This document shows, piece by piece, positions 31,498 to 40,341 of a DNA stretch of 64,000 bases. Position 1 is the first letter of the stretch. Every line of letters starts with the position of its first letter. The stretch comes from Candidatus Entotheonellaceae bacterium (GTDB lineage Bacteria; Tectomicrobia; Entotheonellia; Entotheonellales; Entotheonellaceae). The notes below the pieces were generated by a model that had not been told where the DNA came from, did not search any database, and worked only from the letters and a program-made list of their open reading frames with translations. Made by a program: the position numbers and the translations under genes. The stretch is taken from the NCBI GenBank assembly GCA_965238075.1, contig OZ250173.1, forward strand, positions 896,001 through 960,000, given 5' to 3'.

Positions 31498-32667
31498 ATG
31501 CCTGCCACGGACACCCAGAAGGCCGCACCGCTGACCATGCTGAAGGAGGAGGAAAATCTCTTTCGCGCGGCGGTGCGCGACTTTGCAGAAGAGACAATCA
31601 CCCCCTTTGTGGCCTCAATGGATGAAAACGGGCGCCTCGAGCCCGCCCTGCTGCCCAAGCTGTTCGACCTCGGATTGATGGGCATCCAGATCCCGGAAGC
31701 GTACGGCGGCCCCGGCGGTTCCTTCTTCATGGCGTGTCTGGCAATCGAAGAGTTGTCGCGCGTCGATGCCGCGGTAGCTGTGGTCGTGGACGTGCACAAC
31801 ACCCTGGTCACCAACGCCGTCCTGCGCTGGGGCAACCCCGAGCAACACGCCGCGTTCCTGCCCATGCTGGCGAAACACGCCATTGCGTCCTATTCACTGT
31901 CGGAAGCCGACGCCGGCAGCGACGCCTTCTCCTTGCAGGCCCGCGCCACGCGCCAAGGGGAGCAGTACCTGCTGAACGGGCGCAAGCTGTGGACCTCCAA
32001 CGCACGCGAGGCCGATCTGTTCATCATTTTTGCCAACGTCGACCCTACCTTGGGCCACAAGGGCATCACCGCCTTTCTAGTCGAGCGCGACACCCCTGGG
32101 CTTCAGGTCGGCAAGAGTGAGAAGAAACTCGGCATCCGTGCCAGCAGTACGTGCGAGTTGCTCTTAGAGAACTGCGCCGTGCCTGCGGCAAACGTCCTGG
32201 GGAAGGTCGGCGAAGGCTACAAGGTGGCCATCGAAACCCTCAACGAAGGGCGCATCGGCATCGGCGCCCAGATGGTCGGTGTCGCCGCAGGCGCCCTGCA
32301 GGCTGCCATCGGCTACGCCAAGACGCGCCAGCAGTTCGGCAAGCCCATCAGTTCCTTTCAAGCCATGCAGTTTCAACTGGCCGAAATGGCAACCGAGATC
32401 GAAGCCGGCCGGCTCATGGTGTACAACGCCGCGCGATTGAAGGACGCCGGCGAACCCTTCCTGACGGAGGCGGCGATGACCAAGTACTTTACCGCCCAGG
32501 TCGCCGAGCGGGTCACCTCGAAAGCCCTGGAGGTGTTCGGCGGCATCGGCTACACCAAGGAGGCACCGGTCGAAAAGTTCTTCCGCGATGCCAAGATCGG
32601 CAAAATTTACGAAGGCACCTCGTTCATCCAACTCCAAACCATCGCCAAGCAACTGCTCACCGATTAG
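31498..32667 (+). CDS. Acyl-CoA dehydrogenase (short/branched-chain-like)
   Basis: LSE..AGSDA, KLGIRASST, LNEGRIGI, R.QFGKPI and RDAKIGKIYEGTS motifs. Confidence 0.93.
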   Translation: MPATDTQKAAPLTMLKEEENLFRAAVRDFAEETITPFVASMDENGRLEPALLPKLFDLGLMGIQIPEAYGGPGGSFFMACLAIEELSRVDAAVAVVVDVHNTLVTNAVLRWGNPEQHAAFLPMLAKHAIASYSLSEADAGSDAFSLQARATRQGEQYLLNGRKLWTSNAREADLFIIFANVDPTLGHKGITAFLVERDTPGLQVGKSEKKLGIRASSTCELLLENCAVPAANVLGKVGEGYKVAIETLNEGRIGIGAQMVGVAAGALQAAIGYAKTRQQFGKPISSFQAMQFQLAEMATEIEAGRLMVYNAARLKDAGEPFLTEAAMTKYFTAQVAERVTSKALEVFGGIGYTKEAPVEKFFRDAKIGKIYEGTSFIQLQTIAKQLLTD

Positions 32668-32696
32668 GGCCGGCCCCTCGCACAACGGAGCGTCCC

Positions 32697-33875
32697 ATGG
32701 TCTTTCCCGACGAAGCCGCGTTTCAGGCATACCTGCAAGACGTCAAAACGTTCCTGTGGCAGGAGATCGACCCCCTGGTGCCGCAGATCGAACGCGATGA
32801 ACTGATCCCTTTCGAGCAATTGCGCCCGAAATTCCGCGACCACCATCTCTTCGACTGCCTAGTGCCCGAAGCCCACGGCGGCCTGGGCCTCAGCACCGTG
32901 CAGTATGCCGCCGTGCTCAAGGAACTGGCCAAGATACACGGCGGCATTCGGGCCATGCTGCACGTGCACAACAGCAGCGTGCACCTGATCGAAACCGGCC
33001 GCCCAGAGCAGCAAGCGCGCTACCTGCCGGCCATGGCGACCGGTGATCTGCTGGTCTGCTTTGGCCTCACCGAGCCGGACAGCGGCTCCGGCCTGGACAG
33101 CAATTGCACGGCTGTGCGTAAAGGTGACGCCTACATTCTGAACGGCCGCAAGCACTTGATCACCAACGCGCGCGAGGCCGATCTGTTCGCCATTTTCTGC
33201 TTCACCAGTAATCCGGCCCAAAGCCCTGAGCGGCAGTTCAGCGTACTCTTGGTCGAGCGCGGCATGCCCGGCTTCACAATCACGTCCATGGCTCACACCA
33301 TGGGTTGCTCCGGTGCCTCGCACGATCTGCTGACCTTTGAGGACGTGGCCGTGCCTGTCGAGAACGTCCTCGGCCAAGAGGGCATGGGACCCGAGCAGTT
33401 GCTAGCCTTTCTCGAGGTCAGTCGCATTTTCATCGCCGTCGCAGCCCTCGGCACCGCCGAGCGCTCGCTGGAACTCTCGCTGGCGTGGGCCAAGCAGCGC
33501 GTCACCTTCGGCAAGCCCATCGCCAGCCGCCAAGCCGTGCAGGGCTATCTGGCCGAAATGGCCACGGACATCTACGCCCTGCGCCACATGATCCTCGACG
33601 CCTTGCGCAAGTACGACGCCGGCCAACGCATTGCCGCCGAGTCATCCATGTGCAAGCTCTTCGGCCTGGAAGCGGTCGGACGGGTCACCGACAAAGCCCT
33701 CCTGGTGCACGGCGGACTGGGTTACCTGAAGTCCAGCCGTATCGAGATGCTCTACCGCGATGCGCGTCTGAATTGGCTTGAGGAGGGCACCCCGACCATC
33801 CACAAACTGATCATTGCCAGGGCGCTGCTGCAAGAGGGGTTCGAAACGGTCGGGCGAGATGGGGAATTGATCTGA
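32697..33875 (+). CDS. Acyl-CoA dehydrogenase family protein
   Basis: GLTEP..GS, NG.K..ITN, R.TFGKPI and YRDAR..LEEGT motifs. Confidence 0.92.
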   Translation: MVFPDEAAFQAYLQDVKTFLWQEIDPLVPQIERDELIPFEQLRPKFRDHHLFDCLVPEAHGGLGLSTVQYAAVLKELAKIHGGIRAMLHVHNSSVHLIETGRPEQQARYLPAMATGDLLVCFGLTEPDSGSGLDSNCTAVRKGDAYILNGRKHLITNAREADLFAIFCFTSNPAQSPERQFSVLLVERGMPGFTITSMAHTMGCSGASHDLLTFEDVAVPVENVLGQEGMGPEQLLAFLEVSRIFIAVAALGTAERSLELSLAWAKQRVTFGKPIASRQAVQGYLAEMATDIYALRHMILDALRKYDAGQRIAAESSMCKLFGLEAVGRVTDKALLVHGGLGYLKSSRIEMLYRDARLNWLEEGTPTIHKLIIARALLQEGFETVGRDGELI

Positions 33876-33896
33876 AGGTCGGCCCAGCGGTGGCTA

Positions 33897-34139
33897 TCAG
33901 GCTTGCGGCTCGCCGGACCGGCGGTGTGAAAAGCCCCGTATCAGGTGCACAAGGGCGAACAGGAAGGGGATTCCAAGAAGTGCCAGCATGATCAGGACTT
34001 CCGGGTTTGCAAGTACCCGGAACCCGTGTTCCAACAGGCGATTGTTGCGGATGAACAGCACGAAACCACCGCCCAGAAACAGGCACAGCAACACCCTGAA
34101 GATCACGCTCCAATCGAACGGTGTCCTGGCGTCAGCCAT
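33897..34139 (-). CDS. Small two-TM hypothetical protein
   Basis: 80-aa ORF directly downstream of the minus-strand acyl-CoA dehydrogenase, RBS-like CAGGAC, two hydrophobic segments. Confidence 0.6.
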   Translation of the reverse strand: MADARTPFDWSVIFRVLLCLFLGGGFVLFIRNNRLLEHGFRVLANPEVLIMLALLGIPFLFALVHLIRGFSHRRSGEPQA

Positions 34140-34168
34140 GTCCTGCCCTGCCCCTTTCCAATGCCGAC

Positions 34169-35341
34169 CTACCCCTTGGGCAGACCCAGCACCCGCTCCC
34201 CGATGATGTTCTTTTGGATTTCCGACGTCCCCGAGTAGATGGTCCCCGCCCGGCTACGCAGGAAATTGTATTGCCAGTTGCCCTTGACGGCGTGCTCGGA
34301 GCCTTCCATGAGCTGCGAATAAGGCCCCTGAAGCGACATGCCGAGTTCCTGCATCCACTTGTCCAATTCACTCCAGTACAGCTTGTCCAACGACGCTTCC
34401 GGGCCGGGCGGCTGCCCCCGCAGGCGGCTCGTGATACCGCGGTACAGGTTGAGCAACATGAGCTCAACGCGGATGTGCGCCTGCGCCAAGTCCTGCCGTA
34501 ACACCGGATCCTCCGACAAGGTGCCGCCGTTGCGCCGGGTCTTGCTGGCGTAGCCGATCATGGCGCCGAGTTGTTGCTTGATGCGCACCTGCGTGGCCAG
34601 CGACGATATGCCGCGCTCGTAAGTCAGGGTGGTCATGGCGATGCGCCAGCCCTCGTTCATCTCGCCGATCAGGTTTTGCTTCGGCACCCGCACGTTGTCG
34701 AAAAAGGTCTCGTTGAACTCGGAATTGCCGGTAATCTGTTTCAGGGGACGCACGGTAACGCCGGGGCTGTGCATATCGACCAGCAGGTAGGAAATGCCGC
34801 GGTGTTTGGGGGCGTCGGTGTCGGTGCGCACCAACAGAATGCACCAGTCGGCATATTGCCCCAGGCTGGTCCAGATTTTCTGGCCGTTGACCACGAAGTC
34901 GTCCCCGTCCAGCACGGCCTTGGTCTGCAGCGACGCCAAGTCCGAGCCGGAATTGGGTTCCGAGAAGCCCTGGCACCAGATTTCGTCGGCGTTGAGAATT
35001 TTGGGGATGAAGCGCCGCTTCTGGGTCTCGGTGCCGTGCTCCATGAGGGTGGGACCGACGATGCCGATGCCCAGCCCATTGGCGGGCTGCGGGGCGCGGG
35101 CGCGGGTCATCTCCTGCGCATAGATGGCCTGCTGAAGCAGCGTGGCGCCTTGGCCGCCGTACGCCCTTGGCCAATTGATGCCGACCCAGCCGCCGTCGTA
35201 GAGCTTGCGCTGCCACGCACGCCGGAAGGCGAAATCGGCGTCCTGATCTGAGGGCGCCGCCTCCGTCGGTATGTTCGCCTCAAGCCAGGTTCGGAACTTC
35301 AGTCGGTACTGCTCGTCTTCAGGAGAAAAGCGCAGGTCCAT
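34169..35341 (-). CDS. Acyl-CoA dehydrogenase family protein (FadE26/29-like subtype)
   Basis: WP..YGG, WCQGFSEP.SGSDLASL, NGQKIWTS, TL.YER and TIYSGTSEIQ.NII.ERVLGLP motifs. Confidence 0.92.
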   Translation of the reverse strand: MDLRFSPEDEQYRLKFRTWLEANIPTEAAPSDQDADFAFRRAWQRKLYDGGWVGINWPRAYGGQGATLLQQAIYAQEMTRARAPQPANGLGIGIVGPTLMEHGTETQKRRFIPKILNADEIWCQGFSEPNSGSDLASLQTKAVLDGDDFVVNGQKIWTSLGQYADWCILLVRTDTDAPKHRGISYLLVDMHSPGVTVRPLKQITGNSEFNETFFDNVRVPKQNLIGEMNEGWRIAMTTLTYERGISSLATQVRIKQQLGAMIGYASKTRRNGGTLSEDPVLRQDLAQAHIRVELMLLNLYRGITSRLRGQPPGPEASLDKLYWSELDKWMQELGMSLQGPYSQLMEGSEHAVKGNWQYNFLRSRAGTIYSGTSEIQKNIIGERVLGLPKG

Positions 35342-35546
35342 AGGAGGGCTCCACCACCTGGAAATAGGGCGCCAAACCGTTCGCGGCCACACATGATTCG
35401 AGCCGCACACCGTAGCACCCTTCATGACTCTGCGCAAACGGCGCGGTGAGTCGGGACGAGGACATAAGCCCCGATGCGCGCTTGACTACCGGCAATCGTT
35501 CGGTTAAACAGACCCCATTCCAAACCACTGATATGGGGATCATTAA

Positions 35547-37187
35547 ATGAGTGGGTTGCATGCCTTCCAAGCCCGTGGCGTGTATGTCGCGTCGTCGTAC
35601 ATGAGCCGCGTGGGGAAATACAACGGGCGTCATCTGCAAAATCGGACGTTCGTTGAGCTTGCCGAACAGGTGAGCGAGATATTCGACGACAGCCCAATGC
35701 GCCGCGAGGAAATCGAGGCGGTGGTGGTGGGCAGTCAGAATCCTTTCGCGTTCAACAACATGGATAACGTGGCGGCCAAGATTTCAGGCCTGCTGGGAAT
35801 CAGCGGCGCCAAGTCGGTGCTGATCGACACCGCTTCGAGCTCCGGTGCGAGCGCCTTTGAAAACGCCTACCTGGAGGTGGCGTCGGGGCGCTACGATCAC
35901 GTGTTAGCGCTGGGTATCCAAAAAATGACCGACGTGAGCACAGCGGACGCCACGCGGATCATCGCCGGGGTGATCGACCGCGAGGAAGCGGAATACGGTC
36001 TCACCATGCCGGCCTGCGGCGCCCTAGTGGCGAAGAGTCTCATGCACGAGCTGAAACTCAGTGAGGAAGACTGGATGGGACTGGCCGCGCAATGGGCCGA
36101 GCGCGCGCACCGTTTCGCCACCGGGCGCGAGGAGACGCACCTCAACTTTCCCCTGCCGGTGGAAACCTACATGGACGACAGCCACAACGGGCGCAACTGG
36201 GTGTATTACGACCCGCTGCGGCTGTACGACTGCTGCCCCATGTCGGACGCCGTGGCGGCGTGCATCCTGACCGCCGAGCCGCAGCCGGTTCAGGTGGTCG
36301 GCGTCGGCTCGGCCACCGACCTGCCCACCATTGCCGACCGCGGGCGCTTTGACAGCTTCCCGGCCACCGTCATGGCCTCGCGCTACGCCTACGGCATGGC
36401 CGGGATACTCGACATCCGCGACTTAGCGGGCGAGCTGTACGTCAACATGCACGACCCGTTCAGCAGCTTCGGACCGGTCAACCTCGTGGACTTGGGATTG
36501 ATCGACCGCGACGCCTGCCTGACGGCCCTGTTGGACGAGGACATCACCGGCCCGCAAGGACGCTTTCCGACCAACCTGAGCGGCGGCCTGTTGGCGCGCG
36601 GACATCCGCTTGGTGCCACCGGCATGGTGCAGGTGGTGGAGAACCATCAGATGCTGATGGACACGCCGGCCTATCAGATGGCGCTGTCCCACTCGATCGG
36701 CGGGCCGATCAACAACAACGTCGTGACCCTGCTGGAAAAGACGGAGCATTACCAGAATGCCCAGCGCGCGCCGTTCAAGCCGACCTCACTGCCATTGCTG
36801 GCAGCGCCGAAGCCGAGAGGCATGTCCCTGGAGACGCTGTTCGCCGAGGGCGAGCGCGTCAAGGGGCGATTTCACTGCGCGACGACGCACTTCAGCCCAG
36901 AGGGCGAGCCCCTCAACAGTATCGTGCTGTTGCAGGCGGTCATCGGACGCCAACGGCACGAATTCCTGATCGGCACCGGCCCGGACGAATACGAAACCAT
37001 CCGCCGCATGCACCCCGGGCAGGAAATCCGTCTCGCCAGAAACGGCGAGGGTCTCGAGGGTCTGACGATCGACGAGGTACCGGTGCAGCGCCTGTACCGG
37101 AAAACGATGGAGGGAATTGTGGAGATCGCCGACTCGGCATGGCACCTGCTGGTCAGGCGCAGGAGCGGCGCGCTGGTCGAAAACTGA
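35547..37187 (+). CDS. SCP2/archaeal-type thiolase-like protein with C-terminal extension
   Basis: VASG.YD.VL..G.QKM, PLRLYDCCP.SD, HDPF, N.SGGL.ARGHPLGATG and HSIGG motifs; about 150 aa extra C-terminus. Confidence 0.85.
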   Translation: MSGLHAFQARGVYVASSYMSRVGKYNGRHLQNRTFVELAEQVSEIFDDSPMRREEIEAVVVGSQNPFAFNNMDNVAAKISGLLGISGAKSVLIDTASSSGASAFENAYLEVASGRYDHVLALGIQKMTDVSTADATRIIAGVIDREEAEYGLTMPACGALVAKSLMHELKLSEEDWMGLAAQWAERAHRFATGREETHLNFPLPVETYMDDSHNGRNWVYYDPLRLYDCCPMSDAVAACILTAEPQPVQVVGVGSATDLPTIADRGRFDSFPATVMASRYAYGMAGILDIRDLAGELYVNMHDPFSSFGPVNLVDLGLIDRDACLTALLDEDITGPQGRFPTNLSGGLLARGHPLGATGMVQVVENHQMLMDTPAYQMALSHSIGGPINNNVVTLLEKTEHYQNAQRAPFKPTSLPLLAAPKPRGMSLETLFAEGERVKGRFHCATTHFSPEGEPLNSIVLLQAVIGRQRHEFLIGTGPDEYETIRRMHPGQEIRLARNGEGLEGLTIDEVPVQRLYRKTMEGIVEIADSAWHLLVRRRSGALVEN

Positions 37188-37238
37188 TTCGCGGTGGAAT
37201 GTCGGCGCTTCGCTAATCCGACCTACTGACTCCGCCGG

Positions 37239-37982
37239 CTAACGGCCAATCGCCAAGCGCTCCGCCAGCAACGGCGGCAGCATGGCATCGTAAATTTTCT
37301 CTTGCGCCGCGGGGATGTCGTAGGGAACGCGGCGAAACTCGATCGTGACTGCTTCCTCGTCCAGAATCGCGTACGCCGCCAGGGGGTTACCGCTGCGCGG
37401 CTGGCCGACGCTGCCCGGATTCACGATGTGCCGGCACGCCGGGTCCAGCCTAACGGTTCGCGACTCGGCCCTCACCTGAACCACCCGCCCCTCGGAACTG
37501 CACGCCCAGATCATCGGCAAATGCGTGTGACCGACGAAGCAGCCGCGCATGTCGGGTCGAAGCCGTCGCAGGCTGTCAAAGGCCATTTCGAAGCCCGGCG
37601 CGTCAAAAAGGTATTCGTCCGTGTCGCGCGGCGAGCCGTGTGCCGCCAGCCAGCCGTTGCCAAACGGTGCCGTGCCGGGCAGGATCCTCAGATATCCCAC
37701 TTCCGCGGCGCTGAGTTGCTGCCGCGTCCAGTCCATCGCTTCCCGCGCCCAATCGTTGAAGTCGTCGTAGCGCCGCGCGCCGCACGCCGCCTGGTCGTGG
37801 TTGCCCGAAATGACGACGGCACAGGTTTCCCGGACGATGCGCAGGCATTCGTGCGGGTTGGCGTTGTACCCGACGATGTCGCCAAGGCAGACGACGGCGT
37901 CGACTTTGGGCGATGCGTCATCCAGCACCGCCTGCAGGGCTTCGAGATTGGCATGCAGGTCGGAGATAATCGCGTATTTCAC
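37239..37982 (-). CDS. Metallophosphoesterase family protein
   Basis: SDLHAN, GDIVGY, GNHD, HGSP, GHTH and NPGSVGQPR motifs; GTGA overlap with rqcH stop. Confidence 0.93.
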   Translation of the reverse strand: MKYAIISDLHANLEALQAVLDDASPKVDAVVCLGDIVGYNANPHECLRIVRETCAVVISGNHDQAACGARRYDDFNDWAREAMDWTRQQLSAAEVGYLRILPGTAPFGNGWLAAHGSPRDTDEYLFDAPGFEMAFDSLRRLRPDMRGCFVGHTHLPMIWACSSEGRVVQVRAESRTVRLDPACRHIVNPGSVGQPRSGNPLAAYAILDEEAVTIEFRRVPYDIPAAQEKIYDAMLPPLLAERLAIGR

Positions 37983-39691
37983 GGCGTCACCTCTTCGAGT
38001 TCGCTCAGTTTCGGCGTTGGGGGGAGCCCTGGCGCGACTTCCAGTGTCCGAAAGTTGTTCACCTGCACCTGACCGGGCCTCGCGCCGCGAAACTTGCGTA
38101 CGTGCTTGACGGCTGTGTACACCACTTCCACGGCTGCGGCGTCCTTGCCCTTGCTGTAGTAAGCCGCCAGAGCAGCCGCGGCGCGCAGGGCTTCGTCGGG
38201 CACCGCCGCATCGCTCGGCACCTTGAGCACCACGTGCGCCCCAGCGTGCCCGTGGGCGTGGAACCACAGGTCATCGGGCGCCGCGACCTGGCGCACCAGC
38301 GCCTCATTGCCGTGGTTACTTTTGCCGCAGTAGAGGGTATAGCCGCCGGGAAGCGCAAACGTTCGATAGGGCGGCGCCGCGGCAGGACGAGGACGAATCG
38401 AATGCCGCGCCGGACCCGCTTGCCGATTGTCGCCGAGTTCCGCCTCGATCTCCTCCAGGGTGGGCCAGTCCTCGGCCGTCGCCGCTTGGTGGGACAGCCC
38501 TTCGAGGTACCGCTCCTCCGCCGCGCATTCCTGCAACAGCGTTTCGATCTTGCTCAGGCCGGTCTTGGTTTTACGGTATTTCTTGAAATACACCTGCGCG
38601 TTTTCGTTGATCGACAAACGGGGGTCGAGCGGGATGCCAACGGTTTCCTGCTGCGGGCTGTAGTAATCGGTCACCGTGGCGCACGTCGATCCGCGCGGCA
38701 GTCGCTGGGTAAGGAGCAGTGTCCCGTAGCGCTGGTACGGCTCATAACCTTTCAGCTTCTGCCGGTCTCGGTTGAGATGATCGACTTTCCTGACGAGCTT
38801 TTGCAACCGTCGGCGCAGCGTCTTGCGCACGCCGGCACGGACCGGTTCCAGAGCGGTGGACACCAGGGCCGGCTGGGATATGGCCGCCATAGCCGCCTGA
38901 GCGTCGGCCAGCGGCTCGGCGCGATACCCGTCGTGGCTCAACGGCAGGACGCTGACGTGCTGCCGGCCGGCCGGTGTCGTGCAGCGGAACAACGACAACG
39001 TCTGGTTGTCGTAGTCCCGCCGCAACGCGTCCAATTGTTCCCAACACGCCCGGGTATCGTCCGGGTAACGATGCACCAACTCGGTGGCCAGTAAGGGCGA
39101 CAGGCCAACGACGAGTCGATTCAGGCTCGCGGCATTCCACGCCTCCCGCGCCTGCAACAGCTCAAGATGGTCGACCGTCAGGTCGGACAGCAATACGCGT
39201 TGCGGTGGCACGGCGCGTGGAGCATAGGGGACTCCCGGCAGCACGGGGCGGCTCTGTGCCGTCGATGCCGGCATATGCTTGAGCGCGTCGATTATCACCC
39301 CCGCCGCGTCCACCAACAGGATGTTGGCCTGTGAGCCCTGCAACTCGTGAATCAGCCGCAACGACGGTGCCGCCTCGTCGGCTTGCTGCCAGGCGAGCGT
39401 GACCACTCGCTCGTAGGGCTGCACGGCCACCGACCGCAGCCGCGCACGCCGCAGACGGGCGCGCAGCAAGGCGGCAAAACGCGGCGGCCGCGGCGGTGCC
39501 TCGAACCGATCCGTGATGAGGTGCAGGCGCTGCCACGTGGGATGAATGGAGAGCAGGAGCCGCTGGTCACGGTGGCGCCACAATCGCAACAGGAGGTCAT
39601 CAGGACTGAGCTGAAACACCTTCGACACCCGCGAACCAGGCAGGCAGCGCGCCAGTTCATCCACAAAGGCTTTCAGCACAAAGATATCCAT
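37979..39691 (-). CDS. rqcH: RqcH/Rqc2 (NFACT/FbpA family) ribosome quality-control protein
   Basis: MD N-terminus, ER.V, EL.G...N..L, L....NAQ.YFKKY.K and NFACT-R G.S...N...DLWFHA....GAHV motifs. Confidence 0.88.
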   Translation of the reverse strand: MDIFVLKAFVDELARCLPGSRVSKVFQLSPDDLLLRLWRHRDQRLLLSIHPTWQRLHLITDRFEAPPRPPRFAALLRARLRRARLRSVAVQPYERVVTLAWQQADEAAPSLRLIHELQGSQANILLVDAAGVIIDALKHMPASTAQSRPVLPGVPYAPRAVPPQRVLLSDLTVDHLELLQAREAWNAASLNRLVVGLSPLLATELVHRYPDDTRACWEQLDALRRDYDNQTLSLFRCTTPAGRQHVSVLPLSHDGYRAEPLADAQAAMAAISQPALVSTALEPVRAGVRKTLRRRLQKLVRKVDHLNRDRQKLKGYEPYQRYGTLLLTQRLPRGSTCATVTDYYSPQQETVGIPLDPRLSINENAQVYFKKYRKTKTGLSKIETLLQECAAEERYLEGLSHQAATAEDWPTLEEIEAELGDNRQAGPARHSIRPRPAAAPPYRTFALPGGYTLYCGKSNHGNEALVRQVAAPDDLWFHAHGHAGAHVVLKVPSDAAVPDEALRAAAALAAYYSKGKDAAAVEVVYTAVKHVRKFRGARPGQVQVNNFRTLEVAPGLPPTPKLSELEEVTP

Positions 39692-39906
39692 AATTTTCCA
39701 CCACTCGCTTGGAAGAAACCGAGAAGGTCCGCAAGTATACCACTACGCCTTTCACCCGGCGGCGAGGCGGCTCCTCCGACCGCAGGTCACAGATTGAAAA
39801 ACACGTTACAATCCTGCTTTGAAGCTGCTACCTTACTAGCGCAGGGACACCCCTCACGGGAGCCTCAATCCCAAAGTTGTCAAGAATTCGGAGAAGGAAA
39901 CCAGCC

Positions 39907-40146
39907 ATGTTTTGGAACAAAATGCCCCGCACGTTTTGGAGCTACACGGCGGGGAAAGGGGACGCCGCCGCCGAACAGCGCGAGGTGACGCGCGACCGCG
40001 TGCTGCGCATGATGGCGCGAAATCTTCCCGGCCTGGCGGCCTTGGGTTTTGTCATGCTTCTGACCTTGTTGATGCTGGCCATGATGCTTGCCGAATTCCG
40101 CGGCTTCTACCTGGACCAGATCACCGAAATCCTGCGGCCGGGCTAA
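39907..40146 (+). CDS. Small single-TM hypothetical protein
   Basis: 79-aa ORF with RBS GGAGAAGG, GC3-biased codons and one hydrophobic helix. Confidence 0.6.
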   Translation: MFWNKMPRTFWSYTAGKGDAAAEQREVTRDRVLRMMARNLPGLAALGFVMLLTLLMLAMMLAEFRGFYLDQITEILRPG

Positions 40147-40183
40147 ATGCGAAAAGCACGAGCCGGCCATGAATTCCGCTTAA

Positions 40184-40213
40184 CTTGACAATAAGCGACT
40201 CAAGAAATATATT
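40184..40213 (+). promoter_or_regulatory. dnaK sigma70 promoter overlapped by HAIR-like inverted repeat
   Basis: TTGACA(40185)-17 bp-TATATT(40208); CTTGACA-N7-ACTCAAG (40184-40204) versus HspR consensus CTTGAGT-N7-ACTCAAG. Confidence 0.7.
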
Positions 40214-40341
40214 TCACTGATCCGCATGATTGGCGATCCATTCCGCTTTTTTCAGACACGCCGAACGAACCGGCATTGAACCTCACAGAACCGTATGGGC
40301 GTCTATCTGCACGATAAACCCTGGCAGGAGGACAAGACGTA

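Noticed and set aside
32151-33875. 574-aa ORF suggesting an acyl-CoA dehydrogenase fusion
   Set aside because: The N-terminal part is an off-frame overlap of the previous gene; the real start is 32697
40147-40341. CIRCE (HrcA) operator upstream of dnaK
   Set aside because: TTAGCACTC-N9-GAGTGCTAA not found; a HAIR-like motif fits instead
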